Assembly: GCA_963849985.1 (NCBI GenBank)
Contig: CAWKJY010000029.1
Location: 140,114-204,113 of the forward strand
Source of the DNA: an uncultured Prolixibacteraceae bacterium
Lineage (GTDB): Bacteria; Bacteroidota; Bacteroidia; Bacteroidales; Prolixibacteraceae
Direction: 5' to 3'
DNA length: 64,000 nt
Shown here piece after piece: positions 44,280 through 55,467 of this stretch (within the stretch, counting starts at the first letter, position 1; each line of letters starts with the position of its first letter). The notes beneath the pieces are model-generated. The model saw nothing but the letters and a program-made list of their open reading frames with translations, was not told the DNA's origin and did no database searches. The translations under genes were made by a program, and so were the position numbers.

Positions 44280-44509
44280 TTTTCCACCGTTTTATTTCTA
44301 TTTCTTTTTTGAATAATATCATTAGTCATATCGCCGATCAGATAACCAAAAACGGCACCCCATAACATTGTCCAGTACCAAACTGATTTTATCGGGCAGC
44401 TGCCACTTTTACAACCAACAAATTCCCAATAAATCAATCCGCCCAGCACACCAAGCACTAATCCAAAAATTTGAACCCGTTTTGATTTGAAAAGATTTTT
44501 TAATCTCAT
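44276..44509 (-). CDS. DUF6132-like small membrane protein
   Basis: GGLIYWEFVGCKSGSCPI (CxxGxC) motif; 4-nt overlap with the thioredoxin start. Confidence 0.75.
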   Translation of the reverse strand: MRLKNLFKSKRVQIFGLVLGVLGGLIYWEFVGCKSGSCPIKSVWYWTMLWGAVFGYLIGDMTNDIIQKRNRNKTVEK

Positions 44510-44742
44510 GTATGTTTGTAACAATAAAACAGACATATAGTTTTTTTAACCTTCCATAGAAAATCACGATTATGGATAGATAAAATTGAAAAGACAATCA
44601 ATCGGAGAACTCGGATAATGGTTTTTATTCTTGAAGTTGAGTCAGAGCCCCGACAAATCTAATGCGTTTAAATTTTCAAATATTAGGAAAGCGATTATTG
44701 TTTGTTAATTTTACAAGTGCAAACCTATTTAACATTAAGATT

Positions 44743-45249
44743 ATGAATCAAAGAATACGACTTTATAAAGGCGATATTACGAAACTGGAATTAGACGCAA
44801 TTGTAAATGCTGCCAATCAAACTTTACTTGGTGGTGGTGGTGTTGACGGTGCTATTCACCGCGCTGCAGGACCTGATTTGTTGAAGGAGTGCAAGACATT
44901 GAATGGATGTGGTACCGGCAACGCAAAAATTACCAAAGGTTATCAGTTGCCGGCAAAATTTGTCGTTCACACTGTCGGACCACTTTGGGCTGGCGGGAAT
45001 TTGGATGAATCGTTGAGACTCGCCTCTTGTTACCGCAGAAGTATCGAAGTTGCAGTTGAAAACAATGTAAAAACGATCGCATTTCCAAATATTAGTACCG
45101 GTGTTTACGGATATCCAAAAAAGGAGGCTGCAGAAATTGCCATTAGTACAATTACAGATTTGTTAAAAAAACACACAGAAATTGAGTTGGTAATATTTTG
45201 TGTATTTGATGAAGAAAATTACAAAATCTATCAAAATTTGTTGAATTGA
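44743..45249 (+). CDS. Macro-domain O-acetyl-ADP-ribose deacetylase (YmdB-like)
   Basis: [38 protein letters not shown]. Confidence 0.93.
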   Translation: MNQRIRLYKGDITKLELDAIVNAANQTLLGGGGVDGAIHRAAGPDLLKECKTLNGCGTGNAKITKGYQLPAKFVVHTVGPLWAGGNLDESLRLASCYRRSIEVAVENNVKTIAFPNISTGVYGYPKKEAAEIAISTITDLLKKHTEIELVIFCVFDEENYKIYQNLLN

Positions 45250-45683
45250 AACGGTTGCTCATTTTCATTTGCCTGTTCGTGGTTTTTTCCTGTAACAGGA
45301 ATACAAAACCAACTGTAGATCAACTTTTTGAAGTTGATCGAAATTTTTCTGATTCTGCTGGAAAAGTAGGGTTTAACAAAGCTTTTATTGAATTTGCACA
45401 CCCCGATGCAGTATTACTGAGAGAAAACAGTATGCCTGTTACCGGAAAACAGGCGATAACATCTATTTATGAAAAAGCAGATACAACAGGTATTCGTTTT
45501 AGTTGGGAACCACTTGCCGGAGATATTGCAGCCTCAGGAGAACTGGGTTACACTTACGGAATTTATACGCTTCAATTAGATACGATTATTGAAAAAGGCA
45601 CGTATGTTTCCATTTGGAAGAAAGATGGAAATGGTGATTGGAAATATGTTATGGATTCCGGAAATGAAGGATTGGGCAATTGA
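45246..45683 (+). CDS. NTF2-like (DUF4440/YybH) lipoprotein
   Basis: Lipobox [22 protein letters not shown]. Confidence 0.82.
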   Translation: MKRLLIFICLFVVFSCNRNTKPTVDQLFEVDRNFSDSAGKVGFNKAFIEFAHPDAVLLRENSMPVTGKQAITSIYEKADTTGIRFSWEPLAGDIAASGELGYTYGIYTLQLDTIIEKGTYVSIWKKDGNGDWKYVMDSGNEGLGN

Positions 45684-45718
45684 ATATGCCGTTCAATCTT
45701 TAAAGTAATAAGATATTC

Positions 45719-46510
45719 CTATGTGTTTGCCTGATTTCCATTCATCCTGTCCAGCCATTCAATAATCCGGTCATAATGCGAACCTTCCCAGTAAATTTTC
45801 TTGCATCCTTCACATTGCCAGAATTTATCAAACGATTCTATGGTATCCGAATATAATTTTGTGCTGATCTCAGCTTTTTGAACCCGTTTCAGTTGATTGT
45901 TACAAACTGAACATCTGGAAAAAGGCCTAAAATTGTTTCGGAGTTGCATGCGTTCGATCACTTCAGTTAGCTGCTTTTTAGGATCGTCGTTTCTAACCCA
46001 AAAACCATGTGTTACTGCACTGTGTTTTAACAAGCCGATATCGCGGGTTAGAATAATCCGTTTTTGTTTCACAGAATCTGCAACAATTTCATTATCGTCA
46101 TAATCATTCCTGAAAAGCGTGTCAAAGCCTAAAAGTCTTAATTTTTGTGCCAGCTTCCCTAAATTTACATCAACAATAAATTTAGTTTTTCTAAGTGGTT
46201 TTGCACGCAATTTTATGACCGGTGAAATATCAAACGATTCAAATACAGGATAAACGGATATTTGTTCCCCGCCCTTCATTAAATATTCAAATCCCACCGA
46301 TTCGCCATTAACCAAAATCAGATCAATTTCAACATGTGGAACCCCAATAGCTTCAATTGTATTTTTTAAAGAAGTTATACCGGTAAATTTGTATGGAAAA
46401 GTTTTTCCTTTCCACTCTTTTGGCAAAAAATCGTTTAATTCTTCATAAAACCGAAAATATGATTCTCGTCGAATGGGATCATGATTAAGATGTACCCGGT
46501 CATTTTCCAT
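45719..46510 (-). CDS. Mut7-C ubiquitin-like + RNase (PIN) domain protein
   Basis: FRFYEELNDFLP, IEAIGVPHVEID, FIVDVNLGKLA, ILTRD, RCSVCN...CEGC..YWEGSH. Confidence 0.9.
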   Translation of the reverse strand: MENDRVHLNHDPIRRESYFRFYEELNDFLPKEWKGKTFPYKFTGITSLKNTIEAIGVPHVEIDLILVNGESVGFEYLMKGGEQISVYPVFESFDISPVIKLRAKPLRKTKFIVDVNLGKLAQKLRLLGFDTLFRNDYDDNEIVADSVKQKRIILTRDIGLLKHSAVTHGFWVRNDDPKKQLTEVIERMQLRNNFRPFSRCSVCNNQLKRVQKAEISTKLYSDTIESFDKFWQCEGCKKIYWEGSHYDRIIEWLDRMNGNQANT

Positions 46511-46618
46511 TTTATGTTTTTACAATAAAATAGTCACATGAAATTTACAATAATCATGGAATAAATCGCCTAATTGGAACTTCTTTTCCTATTTTTGAAT
46601 GATTAAAGGAGAAATAAA

Positions 46619-47485
46619 ATGAGATCGATTCTGATACCGGTTACGTTTTTAATACTGCTTTTTAGCTGTAGCTCTGCTACAAATAAAAGAACTAAAGCAG
46701 ATCAAAATATTATTTACCAACCTAAAGACAAAGAAATACTTGACCAGGTACTAGGTGTTTTAAAAAGCGAAGATTATTCTTCACTTGAAGTTTTGATTGT
46801 TAAGGTGGGAACTTTTTTTCTGGAAACGCCATACGCCGAACAAACACTTGAATCAGAGCCCGAACAATTGGTGATAAACCTTCGTGAAATGGATTGTACA
46901 ACTTTTGCTGAAAATTGTCTGGCAATTGCCCGCACAATTAAAAGTAATAGTCCTGGATTTGAGCGTTACACAAAGGAACTAAGAAACATTCGATATCGCA
47001 ATGGGGTGATAAATGGTTATACGTCGCGGTTACATTATTTTAGCGACTGGATTTTCAATAATACTCAAAAAAAGCTGATTACCGATATTTCGCAGGAGAT
47101 TGCTAATGTCCCCTATCCACTTAACATAAACTTTATGAGCACACATCCAGGTAGTTACAAACAGCTAACAGACAGTGCCGGTTTTGTCCCTGTTATTGCA
47201 CAACAGGAAAAAGAAATTTCAGGCAGGACTATGTATTATATTCCTGAAGATAAAATTGCAGAAATTGAAAAACAGTTAACAGATGGTGATATTGCAGGAA
47301 TTACAACCAATGTGAAGGGACTGGATATTCAACATGTTGCAATATTAATACACAAAGGAGGCAGAATTCATCTTTTACATGCATCGTCAGCAGCAGGAAA
47401 AGTTATTATTTCTGACCAAACACTGGAAGATTACATAAAAGGCAGTAAAAGTGCAACAGGAATAATGGTAGCTCGTCCGCAATGA
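46619..47485 (+). CDS. DUF1460 (AmiA-like N-acetylmuramoyl-L-alanine amidase) lipoprotein
   Basis: Lipobox LFSC, TPY..TLE, DCTTFAE, RLHYFSDW, LDIQHV, HLLHASS. Confidence 0.85.
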   Translation: MRSILIPVTFLILLFSCSSATNKRTKADQNIIYQPKDKEILDQVLGVLKSEDYSSLEVLIVKVGTFFLETPYAEQTLESEPEQLVINLREMDCTTFAENCLAIARTIKSNSPGFERYTKELRNIRYRNGVINGYTSRLHYFSDWIFNNTQKKLITDISQEIANVPYPLNINFMSTHPGSYKQLTDSAGFVPVIAQQEKEISGRTMYYIPEDKIAEIEKQLTDGDIAGITTNVKGLDIQHVAILIHKGGRIHLLHASSAAGKVIISDQTLEDYIKGSKSATGIMVARPQ

Positions 47486-47567
47486 TATATTGAAGCAGTT
47501 CAATTCATCTGACATTAATTATTAATTTTGTTTAGTACAGATTGACTATAATACATAATTAAATCAT

Positions 47568-48020
47568 TTGAAAATGAAATTAATAAAAATACTTTCAATA
47601 ATTGCCCTGGTTACAAGTGGAGTTTTAGCTTCAAATGCACAGGAATTCGGAGTTCGTTTTGGTGGTATTAACGGTAGTGGAGGAATTGGAGTTGATGCGG
47701 CTTTCGAAACAGGACAATATAGCAGGTTTCATTCCGATATTGGAATATACAAATTAGGCGTTGGACTAAATGCATTATGGGATTTTGTTGACCGACCAGT
47801 GAGTGATGAAGCTTTAAACTGGTATGTGGGAATTGGTCCGTCAATGTATGTTGGTAGTAGATCATGGCTTGGAATTTCCGGCGAAATCGGCCTTGAATAT
47901 CGTTTTCTTTCCGTACCAATTGCACTTGGAATAGACTGGAGACCAACCTATTGGCTAGTTAACAATACAAGATTTGGAGCCGATTCTTTTGGAATAAATA
48001 TGCGATTTGTATTTGGATGA
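47568..48020 (+). CDS. Small outer-membrane beta-barrel protein
   Basis: Signal peptide, alternating strands, GLEYRF..PI.LG.DWRP, terminal RFVFG. Confidence 0.75.
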   Translation: MKMKLIKILSIIALVTSGVLASNAQEFGVRFGGINGSGGIGVDAAFETGQYSRFHSDIGIYKLGVGLNALWDFVDRPVSDEALNWYVGIGPSMYVGSRSWLGISGEIGLEYRFLSVPIALGIDWRPTYWLVNNTRFGADSFGINMRFVFG

Positions 48021-48060
48021 AAAGATGTGACTCTCAAAGAATTACATCTTTGTTTGCTTC

Positions 48061-49177
48061 TTAATCAATTTCAGTCCACCATTTCGAAAACTTTTGTTCC
48101 GGATTATTCAACCAAACCAATTCGCCAATACGAGGCGTAATCAGTGGCTTTTTAATTTTTTCATTTAACAAGGTTATTGCTTTTAAAGGCTCATCCCAGG
48201 TATGATAAGCCAGTGCAAACTTTGAATTATGAACCGGGAACAATCTTTTTGCCTTAAGGTCAATTGATGCCTGTAATGTTTGATCCGGCGACATGTGAAT
48301 ATATTTCCAGTTTTTATTGTATTGTCCGTTTTCCAGAATTGCCAGATCAAAACCTCCGTACTTATCCCCTATTTCAGCAAAATGTTCATCATAGCCGCCA
48401 TCGCCACCAATAAAAATCTTTTGTGTTGGAGTTTCAAGAACAAACGATGCCCAAAGCGTTCTTTTGTGTTTAAATCCGCGCCCTGAAAAATGACGTGCAG
48501 GTGTAACGGTAACATTAAATCCATCTTCCAAAACTGCTGACTCAAACCAATCTTTCTCGATAAGTTGTTCCGTTTTATATCCCCAGCGCTCCATGTGTTC
48601 CCCAACTCCCAGACCGGTAAGTACCCTGTTAACTTTGGGTTTTAATTCCTTAATTGTTTTATAATCCAAATGATCCCAGTGATCGTGTGTAATGATCAAA
48701 TAATCGATCTCCGGCATATCTTCAACCGAATAAATATCTGAACCTTCAAATGCCTTTATTGAGAAAGAAAACGGAGATGCATTACCACAAAAGACAGGGT
48801 CAACAAGAAACTTTCTTCCATCAATTTGCATGAAATAGGAAGAATGCCCAAACCAAACCATCAAATTTTCATTTTGCGGCAATTGGTTCAAATCTGTTTT
48901 TATTGATGGGATTTTCTCTTTTGGCCTGCGTCCTTTCGAAGTGAACATATTTTTCATCATGTCCAAAAATCTTGCATCCTCGGCTAACTGGGGTGTTACA
49001 TTCAAATTTTGAAAAATACCGCCCCTGAAATTAGGTGATCTTTTTATACGTTCGAAACGTTCACCTCGTGGAATTCTTCCAAATTTCGGGTGTTGCAAAA
49101 CGGCAAATGTTGCCGCTGCAAAGAATACGAAAAAAGTTATTAGTGTCATAAAAAAAAATTCCAAACTTGCTTTTCAT
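48061..49177 (-). CDS. MBL-fold metallo-hydrolase (RomA/NAPE-PLD-like); the true start is probably at 49177 or 49183, with an extra A in the 9-A run near 49155
   Basis: WFGHSS, ITHDHWDHLD, PARHFSGR, GDGGY, ENGQY..W..IHM, PVH. Confidence 0.88.
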
Positions 49178-49250
49178 TTTCATGGTTCCGGCATATAAAA
49201 TCCGGTAGATAAATCTCCAAACAGATTTATCCCGATGATTGTTTTTTCGT

Positions 49251-49628
49251 TTAAGGTTTATGTGATTTAAAATACCGCCGCAAAAGTACTTTTTTTAAAT
49301 CGCGAACAATAATTTGATGGGCCAGGACTTCAATATGATTATATTCAGGAAGTTCCTGTTCTGCCCTTGCAATCTCTTTGTCAGTAATATCAATTTGATA
49401 TAATACCGAAAGCAGCAAATCGTAATTTCGCTCCAGTAACAAAGTAACCTGATCAATTAGCTGCCGGTGAAGTTCCTTATATGCGTTGACCGTATTTCCT
49501 GAAAAAGTGATTTCAACACCAAACATTCCAAAATCTTTCACAATTTGCTCAGCTGTCTCCCTAACAATTTCTTCCTTATCAAGAAATTCCGAAACGTTGA
49601 TATTACTGACTTGAGGAAGATTCATCAC
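49251..49628 (-). CDS. Conserved hypothetical protein
   Basis: QIVKDF, LYQIDI and R...KVLLRRYF pattern; clean 125-aa ORF. Confidence 0.7.
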   Translation of the reverse strand: MMNLPQVSNINVSEFLDKEEIVRETAEQIVKDFGMFGVEITFSGNTVNAYKELHRQLIDQVTLLLERNYDLLLSVLYQIDITDKEIARAEQELPEYNHIEVLAHQIIVRDLKKVLLRRYFKSHKP

Positions 49629-49856
49629 GTGTTTTTGTTCAAAGCTACAGCAATTTTGCGACAGCCGAAATTTAATATGTTTAATTATCGGATTTAGTAA
49701 CGATAAATTAGTTTCGTTTCTAAATTAAACAGGATCAACTTTTTGAATGAAATGAAATTCAACAATATGAAACTGCATGTTATTTGAAAAAAAGGCCGGT
49801 TGATAATTCATTAAAATTTTTGATTAAATTCGAACGAAATTTAAATCGGTTCAAAA

Positions 49857-50528
49857 ATGGATAAGAGGGTAAAAAAACATGAGAAACCGGAGGCTGCATT
49901 CAGAAAATTAACAATTGGTGAAGAAATTTTCAATAGTATCACCCATGGTATTGGAACTTTACTGAGCATTGCAGCATTGGTGATTTTGGTTGTTTTTGCC
50001 GTTGGAAAAGGAAATATCTGGCACATTGTAAGTTTCGCTATTTTTGGTGGCACAATGGTGCTTGTCTATCTTTCATCTACGCTTTATCATAGTTTTACCC
50101 GTGAGAAAGTAAAGAATCTTTTTGCCCGATTCGATCATGCAGCTATCTTTTTTCTCATTGCCGGAACTTACACTCCATTTGTTTTAACTGTTTTACGCAG
50201 CGCATTTGGTTGGACCATTTTTGGCATTATCTGGACAATTGCTATTACCGGTGCGGTAATTCGATCGATTTACCTGGCACGGTTCAAAAAATTCATGGTT
50301 TATCTCTACCTTTTTATGGGATGGATGTTTGTTGTGGCAATTGTTCCAATGGTAAGAAACCTCTCAGTTATAAGTATCCTGTTTCTTTTTCTTGGCGGAA
50401 TATTTTATTCACTCGGAGTGATTTTTTACAACCGTGAGAATTTAAAATATTCACATGGCATTTGGCACCTTTTTGTTTTGGCCGGCAGCGTGATGCATTT
50501 CTTTTCCGTATTGTATATTTTGAATTAA
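49857..50528 (+). CDS. Hemolysin III/PAQR family membrane protein
   Basis: EEIFNSITHG, SSTLYH, DHAAIF..IAGTYTP, HGIWHLFV. Confidence 0.92.
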   Translation: MDKRVKKHEKPEAAFRKLTIGEEIFNSITHGIGTLLSIAALVILVVFAVGKGNIWHIVSFAIFGGTMVLVYLSSTLYHSFTREKVKNLFARFDHAAIFFLIAGTYTPFVLTVLRSAFGWTIFGIIWTIAITGAVIRSIYLARFKKFMVYLYLFMGWMFVVAIVPMVRNLSVISILFLFLGGIFYSLGVIFYNRENLKYSHGIWHLFVLAGSVMHFFSVLYILN

Positions 50529-50612
50529 TTCATTATTCTGTTTAATGATATTTTATAGTTCAATCTTTCGATATTTCATTTTCATTTTACTTTCGTTAAA
50601 TAACTGACATTT

Positions 50613-51457
50613 GTGGACTATATAAAAACCATCATAAACATTTCCCCCGCAGAAGAGTGGATCAGGGACGTAATTGCAGCGCAACTGGCTGAAATTGGAT
50701 ATGAAAGTTTTGTTGAAACTGAAACCAGGGTTGGAAGCATTTATCCCGGTTGAAAATTTCAATGAAGAAAATTTTGAGCTATTTTGAATGAATATCGAAG
50801 TGCATTTTACTTTTCATGCAAAACAAGAGACTATAAAAGATCAGAACTGGAACGAGGTTTGGGAGAAGAATTACTTTAAACCCCTGGTTGTTGCTGACAA
50901 ATGTGTGGTAAGAGCTCCTTTTCATACCGATTATCCTAAAGCTGAATACGAAATCGTTATAGAACCAAACATGGCTTTTGGAACAGGGAATCATGAAACA
51001 ACTTCGATGATGCTTGAATTCATTCTTGAAAATGATTTTCAATGGGAAGACTGTTTTAGATATGGGATGCGGAACCGGAATACTTGGAATTCTTGCCTCA
51101 ATGAAAGGGGCAAAAAAAATCACTGCTATTGACATCGACGAATGGTCGTTTAACGGAACAGCAGAAAATGCTCAGTTAAACCAATATTAAAACATTGAAG
51201 CGAAACTTGGTGACGTTTCTATTACTGGGAATGAGACTTTTGATTTTATTTTTGCCAATATTCAGCGAAATGTGCTACTTCAGGACATGCCAGTCATATT
51301 CTAAATGTCTAAACAAAAACGGGATTACTTGCTGTAAGTGGTTATTATATTGAAGATTTGAGCTGACATAAAAGCAAAAGCGTTAGCCATTGGGTTAGCT
51401 TATTCCGAACATAAAGAAAAAAACAAATGGATAGCAGCAACATTTAGAAAAGAATAA
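50613..51457 (+). CDS. prmA: Ribosomal protein L11 methyltransferase, broken by many single-base indels
   Basis: Fragments across frames: LAEIGYESF, NWNEVWEKNYF, IEPNMAFGTGNHETT, VLDMGCGTGIL, AIDIDEW, FDFIFANI.RN, SG. Confidence 0.85.
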
Positions 51458-51458
51458 G

Positions 51459-51992
51459 TTATTCATCCGATAAATCTTTATTTGCGGAAACTCTGAAATC
51501 ATTTCTATCCATCTCCCAAATCTCCATATCACGAATATCTTTCCCGTCAATAACAAAACGGACCGCTGTGCATTTTTTATGAAATCCATTTATTCCGGCT
51601 GCTCCCGGGTTGATATGCAAAAGGTTGAATTTTTCATCAAAAATTACTTTCAGGATATGGGAATGACCGGTAATAAAAATATTAGGTGGTTGTTTCATCA
51701 GTTTTATTCTTATCCAGGGTTCGTATTTCCCCGGATAACCGCCAATATGTGTTATCCAAACATCAACATCTTCACAAAAAAAACGCTGATCCTGCGGGTA
51801 AACCATTCTGACATCCTGTCCGTCGATGTTCCCATAAACCGCTTTAAGCGGCTTAAACGCAGCCAACCGATCAGCCATTTTTAGTGAACCAATATCACCG
51901 GCATGCCATATTTCATCAACATCTTTAAAAAAATCAAATAATCGTTCATGAAGGTATCCGTGGGTATCTGACAATAGACCAATTCTTCTCAT
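51459..51992 (-). CDS. Metallophosphoesterase (YfcE/MJ0936 type)
   Basis: LSDTHG, HAGDIG, VYGNID, GHSH, HINPGA. Confidence 0.9.
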   Translation of the reverse strand: MRRIGLLSDTHGYLHERLFDFFKDVDEIWHAGDIGSLKMADRLAAFKPLKAVYGNIDGQDVRMVYPQDQRFFCEDVDVWITHIGGYPGKYEPWIRIKLMKQPPNIFITGHSHILKVIFDEKFNLLHINPGAAGINGFHKKCTAVRFVIDGKDIRDMEIWEMDRNDFRVSANKDLSDE

Positions 51993-52231
51993 TCAATCAA
52001 CAATTAATATACATTTCATTTATTATAAATGTAACTAACCCGCGAATTGTTTATGGGATTGATTTTAGGCAGCGTCATTTATTTATTCCCGATTTTGTGC
52101 AAAAAAAACGCTACAAATAAAGTAATTTTACTGAAAGAACAGAATAATATAAATTGGTTTCGCGGAAAAATAAATTAACTGATTAAGTATTATTTATCAA
52201 TTTAGGTCTTGAATCTTCAAAAATAGTTAAC

Positions 52232-52726
52232 ATGAAACGGGTAATAATTGTCAGACATGCAAAGTCAGTTCCATATGGTTACGACGATGATTTTAACCGT
52301 GATTTAAGTAGCCGGGGAAAAAGCGATGCATCAATCATTGGATCTGAACTGAGAAAACGCGGAATTCGTCCCGATGCAATGATTTCCAGTCCGGCGAAAA
52401 GGGCTTTAAAAACTGCCCGTATATTTGCCGAGCAACTTGAATTTGAAAAAAACAAGATTATCGAAAACCAGGATATTTATGACGGACAAACTACTTCCGA
52501 ATTTGTGGATATGATTCAAGATTTGACCGAAGATATAAACACTGCCTTCTTTTTTGGCCACAATCCCGGATTTTACTATTTCGTTGGCAACCTGTTAACC
52601 AGTTTTCATGATGATATGCCTACATGCTCAACTGTTGTAATCGATTTCAACATAGATTCATGGGCAAAAGTAGAAGCCCGCACCGGTACAAAAGTATTTC
52701 AACTGGTTCCCAGAATGTTTAAATAA
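52232..52726 (+). CDS. SixA-type histidine phosphatase
   Basis: IVRHAKS, R.L..RG, SSPAKRA, FGHNPG. Confidence 0.9.
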   Translation: MKRVIIVRHAKSVPYGYDDDFNRDLSSRGKSDASIIGSELRKRGIRPDAMISSPAKRALKTARIFAEQLEFEKNKIIENQDIYDGQTTSEFVDMIQDLTEDINTAFFFGHNPGFYYFVGNLLTSFHDDMPTCSTVVIDFNIDSWAKVEARTGTKVFQLVPRMFK

Positions 52727-52794
52727 AACTTATTTTGTTCTTATTTGCCGGTATAAACTCAAAATTGTAAACTTGAACCTTTAATCATTTGTGC

Positions 52795-53496
52795 ATGCAA
52801 CTGTTTTATATTCCGAATATTTCTTCAAACGAAGTCATTTTAGATGAAACCGAATCAAAACATGCTGTGCGCGTCCTTCGGCTTGCTCCGGGAGATGTAG
52901 TACAACTAATTGACGGCAGTGGCGGTTTTTACGATGCTGAAATAACCGATGCCAATCCCAAAAAATGTAAGCTAACAATCGTTAAAACAATCTGTGATTT
53001 TGGCAAAAAGAACTTTCGGTTGCACATGGCAGTTGCACCAACAAAAAACATCGACCGTTTTGAGTGGTTTCTTGAAAAAGCCACTGAAATAGGTGTAGAT
53101 GAAATTACCCCGCTGCTTTGCGAACATTCCGAACGAAAAGTGATTAAATCCGATCGGCTGGAAAAAATCCTTGTTTCAGCTATGAAACAGTCGGTAAAAG
53201 CCTACCTGCCAAAACTAAATGAAATGGTTTCGTTGAGCGACTTTATTACTAATTGCACCACCGAAAACCGGTATATCGCCCATTGTTACGAGGGAGAAAA
53301 ACCTCACCTGAAAGATGTGATGGAGGAAAATCAGGATGCCGTAATACTTATTGGTCCCGAAGGCGATTTTAGTCCTGAAGAAGTGAACCTCGCAAAGAAT
53401 AACGGTTTTTTTGAAGTTTCACTGGGAACAGCACGCCTGCGCACCGAAACTGCTGCTGTTGTTGCCTGCCATATTGTAAATCTGGCCAATGAATGA
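52795..53496 (+). CDS. rsmE: 16S rRNA (uracil1498-N3)-methyltransferase
   Basis: H..RVLRL, EKATEIGV, IGPEGDF, LG..RLRTETA. Confidence 0.95.
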   Translation: MQLFYIPNISSNEVILDETESKHAVRVLRLAPGDVVQLIDGSGGFYDAEITDANPKKCKLTIVKTICDFGKKNFRLHMAVAPTKNIDRFEWFLEKATEIGVDEITPLLCEHSERKVIKSDRLEKILVSAMKQSVKAYLPKLNEMVSLSDFITNCTTENRYIAHCYEGEKPHLKDVMEENQDAVILIGPEGDFSPEEVNLAKNNGFFEVSLGTARLRTETAAVVACHIVNLANE

Positions 53497-53605
53497 TCTT
53501 CTATTATTTATAATATTTCTCCACAAATGCTAAAATAATTATACTCATGTAAGATTTTGTGTATTTGAGACAACTGATCGTCTAAATAACTTATAATGTT
53601 GTCTT

Positions 53606-54989
53606 ATGATTTTACAAAAAATAATTTTCCTGATTTTTATAATCTTCAGTATATCGCTAAAGGCGTTTTCCCAATCAAAAGATTTTCCTGAATCAGAAAA
53701 GCTGGAAACCTATCTTAATGCCATTCATTTAAAAAAAAGTTTTAGCGGTGAAATTCTTGTCGCCAAGGATTCTGTTATTCTTTTTCAACAAACGGTTGGA
53801 TTGGCTTCAATAGAAAATAATGTTGAAATAAAAAAAGGAGCTAAATATAATATTGCGTCCATCACCAAAACCTTTACCGGGGCACTTATAGCAATCGCAC
53901 AAGAAGAAGGTAAATTGAATGTTCAGGATAAAGCAATCAATTACGTCAATGGATTGTCGTCCAAATTCAAAGAAATAACTATTAATCAATTATTGAATCA
54001 TTCTTCCGGATTACCGCACAATGAAGGTATTGAGGACTATTGGTTAATAAAGTCGAAATTGCAAATGACTACTGAACAGGTAATTGAATGAAATTAATAA
54101 TGTAGATTTGCTTTTCAAACCCGGATCTGAAATGAGTTACTCAAGTTTAGGTTATTTTCTATTGGCTATAATATTAGAAAAAGTTTACAATGATGACTAT
54201 GAAAATATATTACAAACTAAAATTCTGAGAAAATTAAAAATGAAAGAAACCGGAACTGCAAACACTTTAAAAATAATTCCTCAAATGACATCGGGATATC
54301 ACCTGGTAAATGATGATAGTTTAGTGGTTGCGCCATATCGTGATTATTCAATGTTAAAAGGTGCGGGCGATATGTTTTCAAATTCAACGGATTTATTAAA
54401 ATGGAACAACAGCTTTTTTTCAAATACACTTTTAAGTGAAGAAACCAAAGATTTAATTTTCAGTAAACCGGAGAAGGTATTCAAACAAAATGGAGAACAT
54501 TATGGTTTTGGCTGGTATATTGGAGAAGGAAAGCCTGTAAAATATTATCATGGTGGCGGAACCTGGGGGTTTTCAACGTATAATGCTTTTTATCCGGATG
54601 AAAAAATTAGCATAATTATTCTCAGCAATGTCTCCACGTTACCAGTTACATCCATTGCAGCGGATGTTGAGAAAATTGTTTACGGACAGCCATTTGAAAT
54701 GCCATCAATTGAAAAAGTGGTTTCGACAGAAGATCTCAATCCCGAAAATTATTGTGGCAAATTTATTACAGACTCGAATAAAATGCTACTCACCATCACC
54801 AAATCAGAGAACAATCTTTATGCGCAACTTGCAGGAAGACCACCTTTTGAAATCTATCCAAAAGGAAACCATCAATTCTTTGGCAAAAAGGTAGAAATTG
54901 AATTTACTTTCGATGTAGAGAACGATAAGGCAATTGGATTAAAGGCAGAAGGAATGGGACAAGTTTATTATTTTAAAAAGCAAAATTAG
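53606..54989 (+). CDS. Serine hydrolase (beta-lactamase/PBP family) with DUF3471-like C-terminus; +1 indel near 54085
   Basis: ASITK (SxxK), LLNHSSG, YSSLGY, HGGG. The two ORFs join at GTA ATT GA(A)T GAA. Confidence 0.85.
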
Positions 54990-54992
54990 GTA

Positions 54993-55463
54993 GTGGAAAA
55001 AGCATTTTTAGAAATCATTGAAGAACATCAAGGGATAATTTATAAAGTCTGTAAGATGTACAGGAATTCCCGGGAGGATCAGGAAGACTTATTTCAGGAA
55101 ATCGTACTTCAGTTATGGAAAGCTTTTCCAAAATTCCGCGAAGAGTCTAAAGTAAGCACCTGGATGTACCGTATAGCGCTGAATACTGCTATTGCGATAT
55201 TCAGAAAAAACAAAATAGAATTGGAATTAAAAGAAGCCCTCCCTGAAAATTTTCATCAAGACTTTAGTGATGAATCATCTGAAAATGAAGAAAGAATGTT
55301 CGAAGCTTTCCGAAAGTTGAACAAGGCAGAAAGGGCCATAGTTGCATTGTTTCTAGAAGATTATAGCTATAAAGAAATTGCAAATTTAACTGGTATAACT
55401 GAAAATAACGTAGGCGTGAAAATAATCAGGATCAAGGAAAAACTTAAAAACATAATAAATTAA
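54993..55463 (+). CDS. ECF-type RNA polymerase sigma-70 factor
   Basis: EDLFQEI, STWMYRIALN, YKEIA..TG.TENNV.V.I.R.K.KL. Confidence 0.92.
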   Translation: MEKAFLEIIEEHQGIIYKVCKMYRNSREDQEDLFQEIVLQLWKAFPKFREESKVSTWMYRIALNTAIAIFRKNKIELELKEALPENFHQDFSDESSENEERMFEAFRKLNKAERAIVALFLEDYSYKEIANLTGITENNVGVKIIRIKEKLKNIIN

Positions 55464-55467
55464 TACA

